64,000 bases of DNA, from positions 96,348,001 through 96,412,000 of the forward strand of contig OX597824.1 of the NCBI GenBank assembly GCA_951406725.2, in the 5' to 3' direction. Below, piece after piece: positions 11,301-39,845 of this stretch. The position numbers and the translations under genes are program-made. The stretch is from Octopus vulgaris. Lineage: Eukaryota. Under the pieces are notes generated by a model, which worked only from the letters and a program-made list of their open reading frames with translations, made no database searches and was not told the DNA's origin. How positions within the stretch are numbered: the stretch's first letter is position 1; every line of letters begins with the position of its first letter.

Positions 11301-14300
11301 CATCAGTGTCACTGGAATGGCTCCTGTGCAGGTGGCACGTAAAAAGCACCATTTGGGCATGGCCGTTGCCAGTACCACGAAACTGGCCCTCGTGCCGGTG
11401 GCACGCAAAAGCACCCACTACACTCTCAGAGTGCTTGGTGTTTGGAAGGGCATCCAGCTGTAGAAACTCTGCCAGATCAGATTAGAGTCTGGTTCGCCAG
11501 ACCTCAGTCAAATCGTCCAACCCATGCTAGCATGGAAAGCGGACGTTAAATGATGGTGATGATGATGATGATATATATATGCATATATGGGTAAAGGACG
11601 TCACTAACAGTGTAAACAACATGGAATACGTACACAAGTTAAATACGAAAAACAAGAGAAAAAAAATGGAAAATAGGGCAAGTAGACACAGAGAAGGGAC
11701 CCTTCATCAGTTGTTGGCTGTCTGTCTACTCCTCATTTCGAGCATTGAACGACAATATTAGTCTTCAAAGACAGTTGCTGCCATAAATTCTAAAATAAAA
11801 TTTAGGATTTATGGAGGGTCAAAGTTGGGAATAAAAACGGGACAATGGAGACAGTATTATTTATGGGATGATCCAATATATATATCCATACACACATAGA
11901 GTTGTCTAATACAAGCAGGCCTGGAAAAGTGTTTATGAGAACGATTGTGATGGTGATACTATACCAACACACTCATTCCCACGTATATGTTTAAGATGCA
12001 TACGTCTAGTAACATAGACACACACATAAACATCCAACTATGTACGTGCCAATACATCCACACACACACACAAAGATATTCAGTTGGGTTATTGACGTCA
12101 GCCGGACCTCATTGAGATCTTTAGAATTTTAGATTCCAGTCTGTCTGTCTGTCTGTCTCTCTCTGCCATAGTTTTGTTGTGTGTTTGGTAGGATGGTATG
12201 ATATCTTGGATAAGGTGTAAGAACCAGAGATTCTTTATCAATTACCATACTTGCATGCATCCACACACATACACCCACTCAAGCATACACATACAAACAC
12301 ACACAGAAACAAAATAAAGCACACATATATATATATATAAACATAAGCATAAAACACACAGAAACAATCACACACACATGCATGCACACACATACACATG
12401 AACATACACACACACACACGTACATACACACACATTTACAAAGACATACTCAAGCACACATACAAACACACAACACACACATACATACATACACACATAC
12501 GCACACACACACACACACAGTCTATTTAAAAGAGCAGAGAACGATGCTATGACATTTTTTTTCTTTCGCTTTTTAATGTACGAATGGCAGCGCTCTGAAG
12601 AATTTCCAATTATTCCATTGGAACGGATCAATAAAAGCCAGTGAATAGCTTCCAGTGAAGTCAGGTCTGTGTTTGACAGGAAGACATATTGAAAGAAAGA
12701 GACTTGAAGCAGAGCAAAGAAAGACTGCAGAATCAAATACCTGATTGGGTCTTATTTCACATTAACGAACTTTTGTATTTACGTTTGATAACCTAATTAG
12801 AATGAATGACAAATCATTTGATGTTGATATCATAGGTGTAGGAGTGGCTGGGTTCTGGATTTACTTCCATTGCATGGCACCTTGAGCAAGTTTTTTCTTT
12901 ATAAAGTTATATATGCATATATATGTATTACGGAGATGTACTTGCATAGCAAGTGACCTGATCAGAGATCGTGTGCTGGAATGAAAACAAATGCAGCGTG
13001 GAAGGTGTTTATAAGCCATTTAAGAAACACACAAAAACCGTTAGATTCACTTCAACATTTAAATTTAATTTGCCAAAATATTTTTGTCGCTTTGAGACCG
13101 CGACCTGTTCACTGACAAAACTTTGTGCTGCATCTTAAATGGCTTATAAACACCTTCCCCGCTGCAATTATATATATATATATTCTTTTACTTGTTTCAG
13201 TCACTTGACTGTGGCCATGCTAGAGCACTGCCTTTTAGTCAAACCCAGCATTTATTCTTTGTCAGCTTGGCACTTATTCTATCAGTCTCTTTTGCCAAAC
13301 CACTAAGTTACAAGGACGTAAACACACCAACATCGGTTGTCAAGCGATGGGTGTGGGTGTGGTGGGGACAAGTATAGACACAAAAATATATATATATATG
13401 CTAAGTTATGGAGGACATAAACACACCAACATTGGCTGTCAAGCGATGATGGGGGGGGGGACAAACAAACACACAAACACAGATAGATGTACATATATAC
13501 AACGAGCTTCTTTCAGTTTCCATCTACCAAATCCACTCACAAGGCTTTGGTCAGCCCGAGGGTATAGTAGAAGACTCTTGCCCAATCTGACTCGCAGTGA
13601 GACTGAACCCGGAACTCTGTGGTTGGTAAGCAAGCTTCAAACCACACAGCCACTTCACATTCTTTTTCTTAACTTTTCATCACCATATTCTTTTACTTGC
13701 CATAATCCAAACCACAGAGCCATACCTGCATCGAAAGAATATACCTATACACTAGAAATCTAATTCAACAAATATGAATTTAGAAATTAATACATTTCTA
13801 AATCTCTGAGACGGATTTATGCAGTAGCAGCACGATAAAGTGATGGTATGTTGTCAACTTAATGTGAGAGTCCCATGAAAGGGAAGAATGCTACTGCTAT
13901 TTGAAAACTTAAGGACACAGGAAACGGTGTTTCCTAGGGCTAAATAACAGCAGCATTCTTCCCTTTCATGGGACTGTCACATTAAGTTGACAAATTTGAA
14001 TTTGTTTTAAATAATCTCTGATAAGAAGATTTATAAATATCTTTAGTTTTTGTTCTAGATATCATTGTACAAGATAAAGAAGGTTTTGGGGTCACAGTTT
14101 TTTTGATGCAAGAATTCTGATCGGGCAACTGGTGGTCATCACATTCATTACAATTTTCTTAAAGTAGAATATCTTATTCTTTTAATTGTTTCAGACATTT
14201 GGCTGCAGCCATGCTGGAGCACCGCCTTTAGTCGAGCAAATCGACCTCAGGACTTATTCTTTGTAAGCCTAGTACTTATTCTATTGGATCTCTTTCGCCG

Positions 14301-14605
14301 AACCGCTAAGTTACGGGTACGTAAACACACCAGCATCACTTGTCAAGCGATGTTGGCGGGACAAGCACAGACACACAAATATATACGCACACACATATAT
14401 ATATATATATACATATACGACGGGCTGCTTCCAATTTCCATCTGCCAAATCCACTAACAACCGTCAATCTACTACCACCCACACCATCTCTATGCCTATT
14501 ATTACTCTCACCCCAGCAGGAGGAATAGTAGAAGTGTCATTGAATAGTGAGAGAGGGGGTCAAAGTGTGACCCACTGACACGCAGAAATTCGTTTTGGCA
14601 TTTAT

Positions 14606-14639
<34 letters not shown>

Positions 14640-14723
14640 CACACACACACACATACACACAGATAACAGAGTTTATAAAATAAACTATATTTTCAACACT
14701 TGATATTTATGAAGCACAATCAC

Positions 14724-14764
<41 letters not shown>

Positions 14765-16163
14765 TTTTCCTCTCTTTTATTCTCAGTTCATAAGCTCCCA
14801 GCTGTATATCTAAATAAAGACAAGGGTCCTTCTTTGGAGACAGTAGCCACAGGTATGGCTTTATGGTTAAGATGCTTGTTTTGCAACCACCTGATATAAG
14901 GTTCAACCCCACAGCATGGCACCTTAAGCAAGTTTCTTTTTGTCTTGGGCCAACCAAAGCCTTGTGAGAGGAATTAGTTGAGAGTACATGGAAGCCCATA
15001 ATATATATCTGTGCGTGTGTATGCGTGTGTGTGTGGGGGTTTTGCACCCCCCCCCCCCCAGTTGACTGGGGTTAGTTTGTTTATGTCCCTGTAGTGGTTT
15101 ACCAAAAGAGACGGATGGAACAAGTAGCAAACTTTCAAACATAGAAGAAACAAGTCCCAGGGGTTGATCTATCTGATTAAAAACACTTCGAGGCAATGCC
15201 CCAGCATGGCCACAGTCAAATGACTGAAGATAAAAAATAAACTGTGAACTTATTGACGAAGAGGAAATGATTAAATGTAAATCAAGGAGCTGTTGATAGA
15301 CATTCTGTAAATAAAGAAACAGTGATATGGGAATATCTCTGCAATCGGAACGATGAGAGGCTGCACTAAAGGTGAAGTGGAGTCCCAGTTAGACTTAGGA
15401 TAAAATTTATATTTTTCTCATTAACAATCAGCAAATGATTAGAGATAAGAAATGAGACGGGTGTTGGGGATATCAGTTGAGAGTAAACGGAAGTGAAGAA
15501 AATAGGGGAGCACGGAAGATTGATGGAAGAGCAGGGGTCAGAAATGAGCCTCACTTCTGCTGAGATGGATGAGTCTTACCAGGTACGGCATAAGCCATTC
15601 ATCTCACCCCAATCCTGCCATCTCCTCTGAGAGGCTCAACATCTTGAGGTCAGTCTTCACCACATTGTCCTACGTCTTCCTAAGACTACCTCTTCTACAT
15701 GTTCCTTCCTCTTTTAGTGAATGGCATTTCTTTACACAGCTTTCCTCATCCAATCACATCACATGACCACCACAGTCTTCTTCCTTGCACACCACAAATG
15801 ATGCCTTTTATGCCCAATTTTTCTTTAAAGCACTTTGTTGTGCATGCTTACTAACACTGCTCATCCGTTGGAACATTTGTTTCAAGTCTTTGCATGCTCT
15901 CTACATTCATAGTCCCATGTTCCATGGCCATGTAGCATTGCTGTGTGTACATCATTAAATCAACCTTCCTTTCTGTGGAAAGGCCTTTTGTCACCAATAG
16001 AAGCTAAACTTCTCTGAACTTTCTCCAGCCAATTCCTATTTTAGCAAACTACAATTTCAGAGCGTCCACCCCCACTGCTAATGAGGTCACCTAGATAACA
16101 GAAATTATCTACTACCTCTAGGAAGTCTCCTAGATATTTCAAAACATCTATTTCCTGTGTGCT

Positions 16164-16203
<40 letters not shown>

Positions 16204-18307
16204 TAGGCATAACTGCAGAAGAGTGCCACTAACTCACGGATTTTGTTTCATCATAACATCTGAAAAATTGATATTTACTAATAAAATTTTCTACAAATAA
16301 TTTTGAAATGGAGTGGATTAAGATTATATTGGAATTTAATGTGAAAAAAGAAACTAGTATTAATATTTGACTTTGTTTCCTCATGCATTTTGCTGATGTT
16401 GATTACAGCTATGTTGGTAAAAAAAAAAAAAAAAAAAGGCTACTCTTACGAACTATTCTACCCTTTCCTTCTAGAATGTTAAATATTTTTTTTAATAAAA
16501 TGGTAACTTCCAGAGATATTGGCATAATTTGAAAAAGAAATATCAGAGATGGATTTATTGGTATGGCTGTTTGGAATGCTATAAGCCTTAGACTGAACCC
16601 TGCTATTTCTAGCAAACTAAACGACCACATAGTGGAATGGCTACTTTTGAGTTTGTTTCAAAGAGAGAGAAAAAGATTTTCACAATTTCGATATATTCGT
16701 AATTTAGATAATCTGAAACGAATGTGTAGCGTGTAGATGTAACGCTTCAAGGTTCTTGCGTCGGAGAAACCAGTAAACATCGAAGAATCAACACCAAGAA
16801 GGAAGAAATATTATTTACGCATGTTTATTCGTTTGCCCGACAGGTTGTTAAAGAGTCAGTAGCAATTCTAGTGATAGTGTAGAAAAAGATTGTCTGTCAG
16901 TAGAGAGTGAAAGAGTAAGGAATGCACGGTGCTGACTAGAAAGGATAGAGATGGCATCGTTTTTCTTGCGGCCGAGGAAAGTGCTGCCCTTGGTCATGGC
17001 TGACGTAAAAGTGCGTGTCGTATGTATTTAGAAAATTTCATTACGAAGCATCCAAATCAAAGAAAGTTATGAGAAAATAAAGTCGATGGGGCCCAATTCT
17101 GCAGTTATGCCTGGTGTTTCATTCGAATACATTAGTTGATATGGATGAACCGACAAACTAAAAACGAGAGAAAATATATCGGACTCTTCTCTCTCGTTCA
17201 CTTGGTTATCAGGAGGAAAAAATATGAAACAGGATTTACGGATGAAACTAAATGTCACTTCATCACTTCAGTTTCACTCGTCAGTAAATGGTGATTGTGT
17301 GAGCTTCATGCTTTCCCAACGCAACATATAATAATAATATCGCTGGTTTAATCTTCGTGTTTGCAGGGTCGCATTTATGTAATCATTATCAGAAATTAGC
17401 AGCAACACGTACACACACACACTGATACGTACACACAAACTTACGCAAATACACACATACGCATGTATACGTACAAACACACATATACATACAAACGCAT
17501 ACACACGCACATATACAAACGCACACATATATATATACAAACGCGAGCACACACGTATGTATATGCACAAACACATACAAACGCACACACATATATACAA
17601 ACGCACACGCATATACATACACACGCATATACATACAGGCACACATACATACTTCTAATACCCCCCCCCCCGTCAAATCCCTATACACCCACTCTTAGAT
17701 ATGTCAACAAAACCTACAAAAGACCGGTTCGCGCGGAAAATATTTTAATATTTTCCAATTATTTTTCTCCCAATAATTCTAAATTTAATTCGGGAATGTT
17801 TTATTGCAATGTACAGCAAAGTTTCGCCGCATAAATTTTCATTTAAAAGAAATATTAATTGGACTAGAATTATTATTTTCATTATTCTGTTGTAGAAAAT
17901 ATTGATAAAATGGCGAACTGTGATAAAAATTTACTTTTGTCAACAATTTGTGACAAGGAAGACGAAAAGGTGAGACTAGGAACAGCAATATTAATAGGGG
18001 TACATGGGCTTTGAATTAGAGGGGAAGGGCCTTGGTCTATTGCATCGACCCCTGTAAAGACAAAAGATAAAGTTGCCGTTGGTGGGATTTGAACCCGGAA
18101 CAAATACGGCAAAGCATATTCCGTTACTACTGCCCCGTATCACAAATATATGAAATAAGACGAAGGAAGAATGCGACTTACTTTGTCCTTGATGCGAAGA
18201 TCGCCGGTTTTCAGGATGTCTCGAATTGTGGTTCCAGCCCTGAGGGAAGCAGTGACGGAGGCTGACATCAAACGGATTAGCAACGGGGCTTTGGTAGATA
18301 CTGCCAT
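2065..18307 (-). CDS. BPNT1: 3'(2'),5'-bisphosphate nucleotidase 1 (PAP phosphatase), 7 coding exons, 310 aa
   Basis: Exons 18182-18307, 10814-10915, 8263-8370, 5677-5725, 4576-4719, 2415-2560, 2065-2322 splice GT-AG in frame. Motifs: LQTEADR..QRCI..SL, GEE, VWVDPLDGTKEF, GGAGHK, GCKKWDTCGPEAVL..LGG.LTD of the IMPase/BPNT1 family. Confidence 0.95.
2415..2560 (-). CDS. BPNT1: BPNT1 coding exon 6
   Basis: TFGLDSKPAPANENIITTTRSHS...VIKVGGAGHK; 146 nt. Confidence 0.93.
4576..4719 (-). CDS. BPNT1: BPNT1 coding exon 5
   Basis: [30 protein letters not shown]...GRCVYGVVGI; 144 nt; AG/GTAAG. Confidence 0.93.
5677..5725 (-). CDS. BPNT1: BPNT1 coding exon 4
   Basis: ttcag|IIVWVDPLDGTKEFTQ(G)|gtaaat; 49 nt; metal-binding DPLDGT motif. 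Confidence 0.93.
6084..6301 (+). mobile_element. tRNA-derived SINE (same family as 36144-36369), diverged
   Basis: gcctttcattct...taagtaccag...ggccttgtgccaaaaatagaaacc; further copies near 25090-25280, 25560-25770, 38340-38465, 38770-38965, 61315-61410. Confidence 0.75.
8054..8244. repeat. Imperfect palindromic MITE-like foldback
   Basis: ttgggagggtcattatgcca...tggcataatgacccacccaa arms. Confidence 0.8.
8263..8370 (-). CDS. BPNT1: BPNT1 coding exon 3
   Basis: ttcttccag|DLSPDSNTEVFQEVDFCKDVLALSCPENLRNIPDNE|gtaaaa; 108 nt, phase 0/0; not represented in the ORF track. Confidence 0.85.
8582..9680 (+). mobile_element. Penelope-like element 3' fragment with GIY-YIG endonuclease and pLTR, interrupted by a SINE
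   Basis: ORF 8582-8980 ...NVVYRIQCNKCNEFYVGSTTRPLHIRIKE...LRIKEAILIHRLGPQINNR; degenerate hammerhead at 9564-9603. Confidence 0.8.
9980..10563. repeat. Long foldback element (outer arms about 140 bp, plus inner arms)
   Basis: aaaagttgtcagaattttgg... / ...ccaaaattctgacaactttt. Confidence 0.85.
10814..10915 (-). CDS. BPNT1: BPNT1 coding exon 2
   Basis: ttccag|GIDDLQTEADRSAQRCIIGSLQHHFPKVTFVGEE|gtaac; 102 nt. Confidence 0.93.
15560..16165 (-). mobile_element. Degenerate RTE LINE 3' fragment
   Basis: LEVVDNFCYLGDLISSGGG...RIGWRKFRE; same family as 61900-62445. Confidence 0.7.
18182..18307 (-). CDS. BPNT1: BPNT1 coding exon 1
   Basis: ATG GCA GTA...; MAVSTKAPLLIRLMSASVTASLRAGTTIRDILKTGDLRIKDK; donor GTAAGT; 126 nt. 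Confidence 0.9.
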
Positions 18308-18520
18308 GGAGACGGATGGAAGAGGTGCTGAGAGATTAAGGGATTAAGCAGAGAGACAGAGAGAAATTAGGGACAAGTACCGACCGCTAATGAAACACTT
18401 CTGAACTCATCAACGAACGTCAAAGAAACTGAAAATGAACGACGACGGATTTTCGTTTCATAAGTCAAACGTGATTATCTCCCTTCAATTCGAATTTACG
18501 CATCCTCTCTCTCGTAGAGA
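18308..18520 (-). promoter_or_regulatory. BPNT1 5'UTR/proximal promoter region
   Basis: CpG-retaining unique sequence upstream of the ATG, pyrimidine-rich on the minus strand. Confidence 0.4.
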
Positions 18521-18849
18521 CACACACACACACAGGTACATACATACACACAAATACACACACACAGGTTCATACATACATACGTACACACAAATACACA
18601 GATATTGCGCGCGCGCTAGCGTTTCCGTCATTAGCCCGCGGCCATGCGGGAGCACCGCCTTGAAGAAATTTAGTCGAGCGAATCGACCATTGTACTTACT
18701 TTAAAGCCTGTTACTTAATCTATCGGATACTTTGCCTGAGTTACGGGGACGTAAACACACCAACACCCGTTGTCAAGGGGTGGTGGTGATGGGGGAGCAA
18801 ACACAAAGCCAGACACAAATACACACACACATATATACACGAACACACG

Positions 18850-18902
<53 letters not shown>

Positions 18903-18957
18903 GGTACCCAAGCATGGCCGCGGCCTTCGGGCTAAAACATCTTAAAGGATTTTAAGG

Positions 18958-19002
<45 letters not shown>

Positions 19003-19242
19003 CATACATACAAAATACCGCTAAGCATTTCGCCCGGTGTGCTAAAATAAGACTGTGCCAGACACCATTGCCTTCTTTCGCATGGCTTCTACAGCTGGAT
19101 GCCCTCCCTAATGCCAATCACTTTACTGGGTTCTTTTTGCGTGGCATCAACTTCGCCCAAATAGTCATGCAGTGAGACTGAACCCGGAACCATGTAGTTG
19201 GAAAGCAAACTTCTTACCACACGGCCATACATATATATATAA

Positions 19243-19635
19243 GCGCAGGAGTGGCAGTGTGGTAAGTAGCTTGCTTCCCAACCACATGGTTCCTGGTTCG
19301 GTTCCATTGTGTGGCACCTTGGGCAAGTGTCTTCTGCTATAGCCTCAGGCCGACCAAAGCCTTGTGAGTGGATTCGGTAGACGGAAACTGAAAGAAGCCT
19401 GTCGTATATATGTATGTATGTGTGTGTGTGTCTGTGTTTGTCCCCCAACATCACTTGACAACCGGTGCTGGTGTGTTTACGTCCCTGTAACTTAGCGGAT
19501 CGGCAACAGAGGTCCGATAGAATAAGTACTAGGCTTACAAAGAATAAGTCATGGGGTCGATTTATTCGACTAAAGGCGGTGCTCCAGCATGGCCGCAGCC
19601 AAATGACTAAAACAAATAAAAAGAATAAAAGGAAA
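19243..19635 (+). mobile_element. Second SINE family, near full length
   Basis: ggagtggcagtgtggtaag...ggcaccttgggcaagtgtc...ccagcatggccgcagccaaatgactaaaac; other copies about 13185-13655, 14175-14460, 18620-18830, 42345-42510, 52105-52260, 56965-57290, 63215-63820. Confidence 0.85.
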
Positions 19636-20599
19636 GAATATGAACACATATGTCTTCCATTGTCTTCTCCAAATATTATTCTGTATTTCCGTCGATTTAT
19701 TTCTAAAAATCTTTATTCTTCTCAATTCCAGGAAAGAACATTCCAGGAAAACATTTAGATTGGAGTGATCTCCCTTCGTTTATAAACCGAAAACTTGTGG
19801 CTGCGGTTTACGGGAGAGATTTTATATAGACATCCACACACCTAGAGGAATAAGTCAACGCATTCGTATATACACTCGCCTCTTTTTAATAGTTAAATAA
19901 ATACAATAGCCTATTAACACATACACCTATATCATAAACGGTTCTATTATAAAATAGCACAGTTCCCATGACTTCTGGAAACATTTTATTTTTCACAATC
20001 GGGACCGTCGAAGCATGGAATTACCCACATCAGTCGTTAGCTTTCAGGACAGAATATCCTTTAAAAAATTCCACGCTTCTTTTAATTCCCCAACGCTACT
20101 CCCGACGCAGCTCTTGCCGTTTTGTTATATTTTCACAGTTCCATTTACTGACTTAATTCTGCGTACTATACATGCACTTTTAGCTTTCTTTCGTAGATTG
20201 ATATGTCTGCACTCTGTTCCCTCTTTTAACATTTTCTAACGAGTTGCAGTGCGCACCTGAACATTGTGTACAATAATAACGACATTTCTTCCGTCTTTAC
20301 GTTCGGGGTTCAAGTGCCACCAGTCGACTCTGCCTTTCGTCTTTTAGGAATCAATAAAATAAATACCAGTTGGACACTGTAATCAGTTCCAGTGCCAACA
20401 ACAATAACATCAGCAAAGATGGAAAGAAAGAAAGAAAGAGTGAAACAGCGAAATAATGAATGATATATGTTAACCTTCTATATTATGGAGAGAGACTAGC
20501 GATCAAAGAACACCATCAAAAGATCTGGTCTCTCCTTCAGAATCACAAGACGAGGCCATATCCTTAGACACTACCTCTCTTACACAAACAACACATTGA

Positions 20600-21065
20600 A
20601 TTAATGTCCAATCAATGCAAGGACAGTCAATGGACAGCGTCCAGCTCTGCTTTGAATCTCACGTAGTGTTCAAAGTGATGTGTTCTTGCAACGGGACGTA
20701 CATAGAATCGACAAAAAGATACCTTCACATCAGAGTAAAGGAACACATCCACAAGACCACACCGTCCAATGCCATAGTCTAGTGTGGTGGAGAAATCTCC
20801 ACCCATATATTGGCAAGCAGGGTGGGGCAAATACAGTCAACCTCAGAATGACGGAGGAATACTTCATTATAAAGAAAGCACCCAACCTTAACCACCGGAA
20901 TGAGCTCGACGGCTGCAATTTCATCTGCTACTTTCTGAGCCTTTAACCAGCAGCAGCTATTCAAGAATTTGGACCTGGAGATCTCCATTTCCAGCGACTT
21001 CGAGGGCCACCTCCCAGTGGTGTCGGGCGTCAATGAAGAGCCCTCGACTACAACAAGACGACCAA
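20600..21065 (+). mobile_element. Degenerate Penelope-like GIY-YIG fragment
   Basis: Plus frame HVVFKVMCSCNGTYIESTKRYLHIRVKEH, then a frameshifted RMTEEYFIIKKAPNLNHRNE. Confidence 0.65.
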
Positions 21066-21856
21066 AGTTTTTTTTTTTTTTCCAAGGTCTGGGGTCTACC
21101 GCCCCTAAGCCCTAGACCATCACCTAATCACCCTTACCCGTCTTGTTGCTTAACAACAACAACAACAACAACAATAACCATTACATAAAGCAAATTGAAA
21201 GAATGTCTAAAGGAAGGATCTTTGATCTGAAAGCACTCATAAAAGTAAACTTGACCTAACAACTAGCAACAGGGACATCCACAGATTACATACCCCACCC
21301 CATAAATGTAAGACCCAGGGATCAAGGTGTAGGAAGAAAGTTAGCTTCAAGCAATCCATAGTGAATATTAAAAAAAAACAGCTTTCAGGGGACAATATTA
21401 ATTTATTGAGTCGGAAGGGTATGGATTTTTTTTTGTATTGAAGAAGGATAAACTGAAAAAAGCTCTTTTCATATTTCATGGTAGGCGAACAGGGTTGCTG
21501 GGTGTGCAAATAAGACTACAAGAGTTAAGGAATGGAGCTGGTAGGATCCAGGCTACTTATGTTTCATAGCAGGCGGAACCTTGGATATGGTAAATATCCA
21601 AGTGAGGTGTATACCACAGGATACTCTTCAGGCCAAGGATATCTTGATTAAATGAAAGTTTAGATTGTCGCAAGGAGGTACGTGTTTCCGCATGGAAGAT
21701 TCAATTAGAATGTGTAGGGAGGAAAGTAGGTGAGGAGAATAAAAATGTAGAGAGAAATAAGGATTAGAAGAAAGAAAAAAGAAGAAAAAAATAAGGAAGC
21801 GAGAGGAAGGAGGACTTTAAGTAAGGTCATTTAATTGGCAATATTCAATAGGGCTG

Positions 21857-22433
21857 AGGGGGGGAGCTGGCAGAATCGTTAGCACACCAGGTGAAATGCT
21901 TAGCGGTATTTCATCTGTCTTTACATTCTGAGTACAAATTCCGCCGAGGTCGACTTTGCCTTTCATCCTTTCGGGGTCAATTAAATAAGTACCAGATATG
22001 CACTGGGGTCGATGTAATCGACTTAACCTGTTTGTCTGTCCTTGTTTGTCCTCTCTGTGTTTAGCCCCTTATGGGTAGTAAAGAAATAGGTATTTCGTCT
22101 GCTGCTATGTTCTGAGTTCAAATTACACTGAGGTCGACTTTGCTTTTCATCCTTTCAGGGTCAATTAAATAAGTACCAGTTACACACTGGAATCGATATA
22201 ATCGACTTAATCTGTTTGACCTTGTTTGTACTCACTGTGTTTAACCCCATGTGGGTAGTAAAGAAATAGGTATTTTGTCTGTCTTTACATTCTGAGTTCA
22301 AATTCTGTTAAAGTCGACTTTGCCTTTCATCCTTTCAGGGTTGATAAATTAAGTACCAGTTACGCACTGGGGTCGATCTAATCAACTGCCTTGCCCCCAC
22401 CAAATTTCGGGCCTTGTGCCTAGAATAGAAAAG
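21857..22433 (+). mobile_element. Trimeric tRNA-derived SINE with 15-bp TSD
   Basis: One head plus three tandem body units; TSD tattcaatagggctg at 21842-21856 and 22434-22448. Confidence 0.88.
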
Positions 22434-22496
22434 TATTCAATAGGGCTGTTTTGACTGTGAGTAGAGAGACAGATGTGTGTGTGAAATTATTTCATC

Positions 22497-22502
22497 TTTA
22501 TT
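22497..22502 (-). promoter_or_regulatory. Probable RBKS polyadenylation signal AATAAA
   Basis: AATAAA on the minus strand about 190 nt downstream of the RBKS stop codon. Confidence 0.5.
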
Positions 22503-22690
22503 ATTAAAAATTGCTACATGATAACACACCCCTGTTTCAGCCATAACAAGGAAAAAAACAAAAACAGTCCTAATTTCTTAGTCAATCCATTCTCACATGA
22601 TGGCCACTGGTATAAACAATATGTATTGCTTTCAGGAACATTTCTTGGTTGTAAAAATATAAACTGCGTTGTGTGATAAAGAGATTCTCT

Positions 22691-38575
<15,885 letters not shown>

Positions 38576-38770
38576 GCTCAGTCAGTTGGGTTGTTTTGTG
38601 AAAGTAAAAGCGAGAAGATATCGGTCCGTTAACGAGAAGATATCGGTCCGCCCACCGAAGTAGATAATGGGAGAACTTTGGTTTGTCGCTTACATCACTG
38701 ATTACTCGTTGTGTCACACGCAGACAAAATGACCTTCTTTTCACTGCCGATCAGTTTGTGTGTCTAAATA
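38576..38770 (-). promoter_or_regulatory. RBKS 5'UTR/proximal promoter region
   Basis: CpG-rich unique sequence just upstream of the ATG; contains an 18-bp direct repeat. Confidence 0.4.
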
Positions 38771-39456
38771 AGGCGAGGAACTGGCAGAACCGTTGGCACG
38801 ATGGGCGAAATGCGTAGCCGTATTTCGTCTGCCGTTACGTTCTGAGTTCAAATACGCCGAGGTCGACAAATTAAGTACCAGTTACGCACTGGAGTCGATG
38901 TAATCGACTTAATCCGTTTGTCTGTCCCCTCTATGTTTAGCCCCTTGTGGGTAATAAAGAAACAAATCAGTTTATTTTTTCCCCTTCTAATTTCAACCCA
39001 GGACGATCTTGCTATTAGCATCTGTTCAAACTGTTTAACCATTTCGGGTATTCTCACCCAAGTTGACTCTGAAAACTCCCGCACGCACTCTGACCCTTAT
39101 TTATTTTTTTACCGACACGATGTTGCTCACCACTGGCCATCATCATTATCGTTGTTTAACGTCACTTTTCCATGTTTGCATGAGTTGGGACAGAATTTAC
39201 GAAAGCGCATTTTTTACGGCCGGATATCTTTCCTATCGCCAACCCTCACCTGTTTCCAAATAAGTTGATATTTGCTCCATGGCAAGACATATTTTTGCGG
39301 AATACTGGAAATGAACGACACTGCTTGTATGACAGTGACGATCGTTTACATCTATCACACTATATCAAAACAAGGACAGATGGACATACATACAAACTAA
39401 TGGAATTTGCCCTTTATATATGGTTGGGGATGGGGCCAGAAGTGGAACACCTGCAG

Positions 39457-39645
39457 CAGTGGTTCTTGACTGCGGCTCCCAGGGCCTCATGCAGCCCTCA
39501 AGCTTCCTTCCAGTGGCCCCCAACGGTCTCTCCTCTATAAATAATTTTTTTTGTAACAAATTTGTTTTCTTTTATTTGGTGAAGCCCCCTAGAAAAATCC
39601 AGGTTTGGGATCTGACCCGGATATTAAGAAGGTTGACAACCACTG
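39457..39645. mobile_element. hAT-type MITE
   Basis: TIRs cagtggttcttga / ttgacaaccactg; degenerate TSD acctgcag / acctagag. Confidence 0.6.
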
Positions 39646-39803
39646 ACCTAGAGAAAGAGAGAGTGGAGGGGAAGGAGAGAATGTTGGGGAAATTTTCAAG
39701 ACAAATGATTAAAAAACAAGAACTTGGAAGGGTTTTAAGAGTTTATTATAAATTTTTATGAGTATTAGACATGAATTAGGTCTTATATGTAACAACAGCA
39801 ATA

Positions 39804-39845
<42 letters not shown>

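Noticed and set aside
11690-11790. Additional hammerhead on the minus strand (CTGATGAAGGG)
   Set aside because: No closing stem II plus GAAAC downstream; at most a decayed remnant. Similar incomplete cores at about 21033 and 58117.
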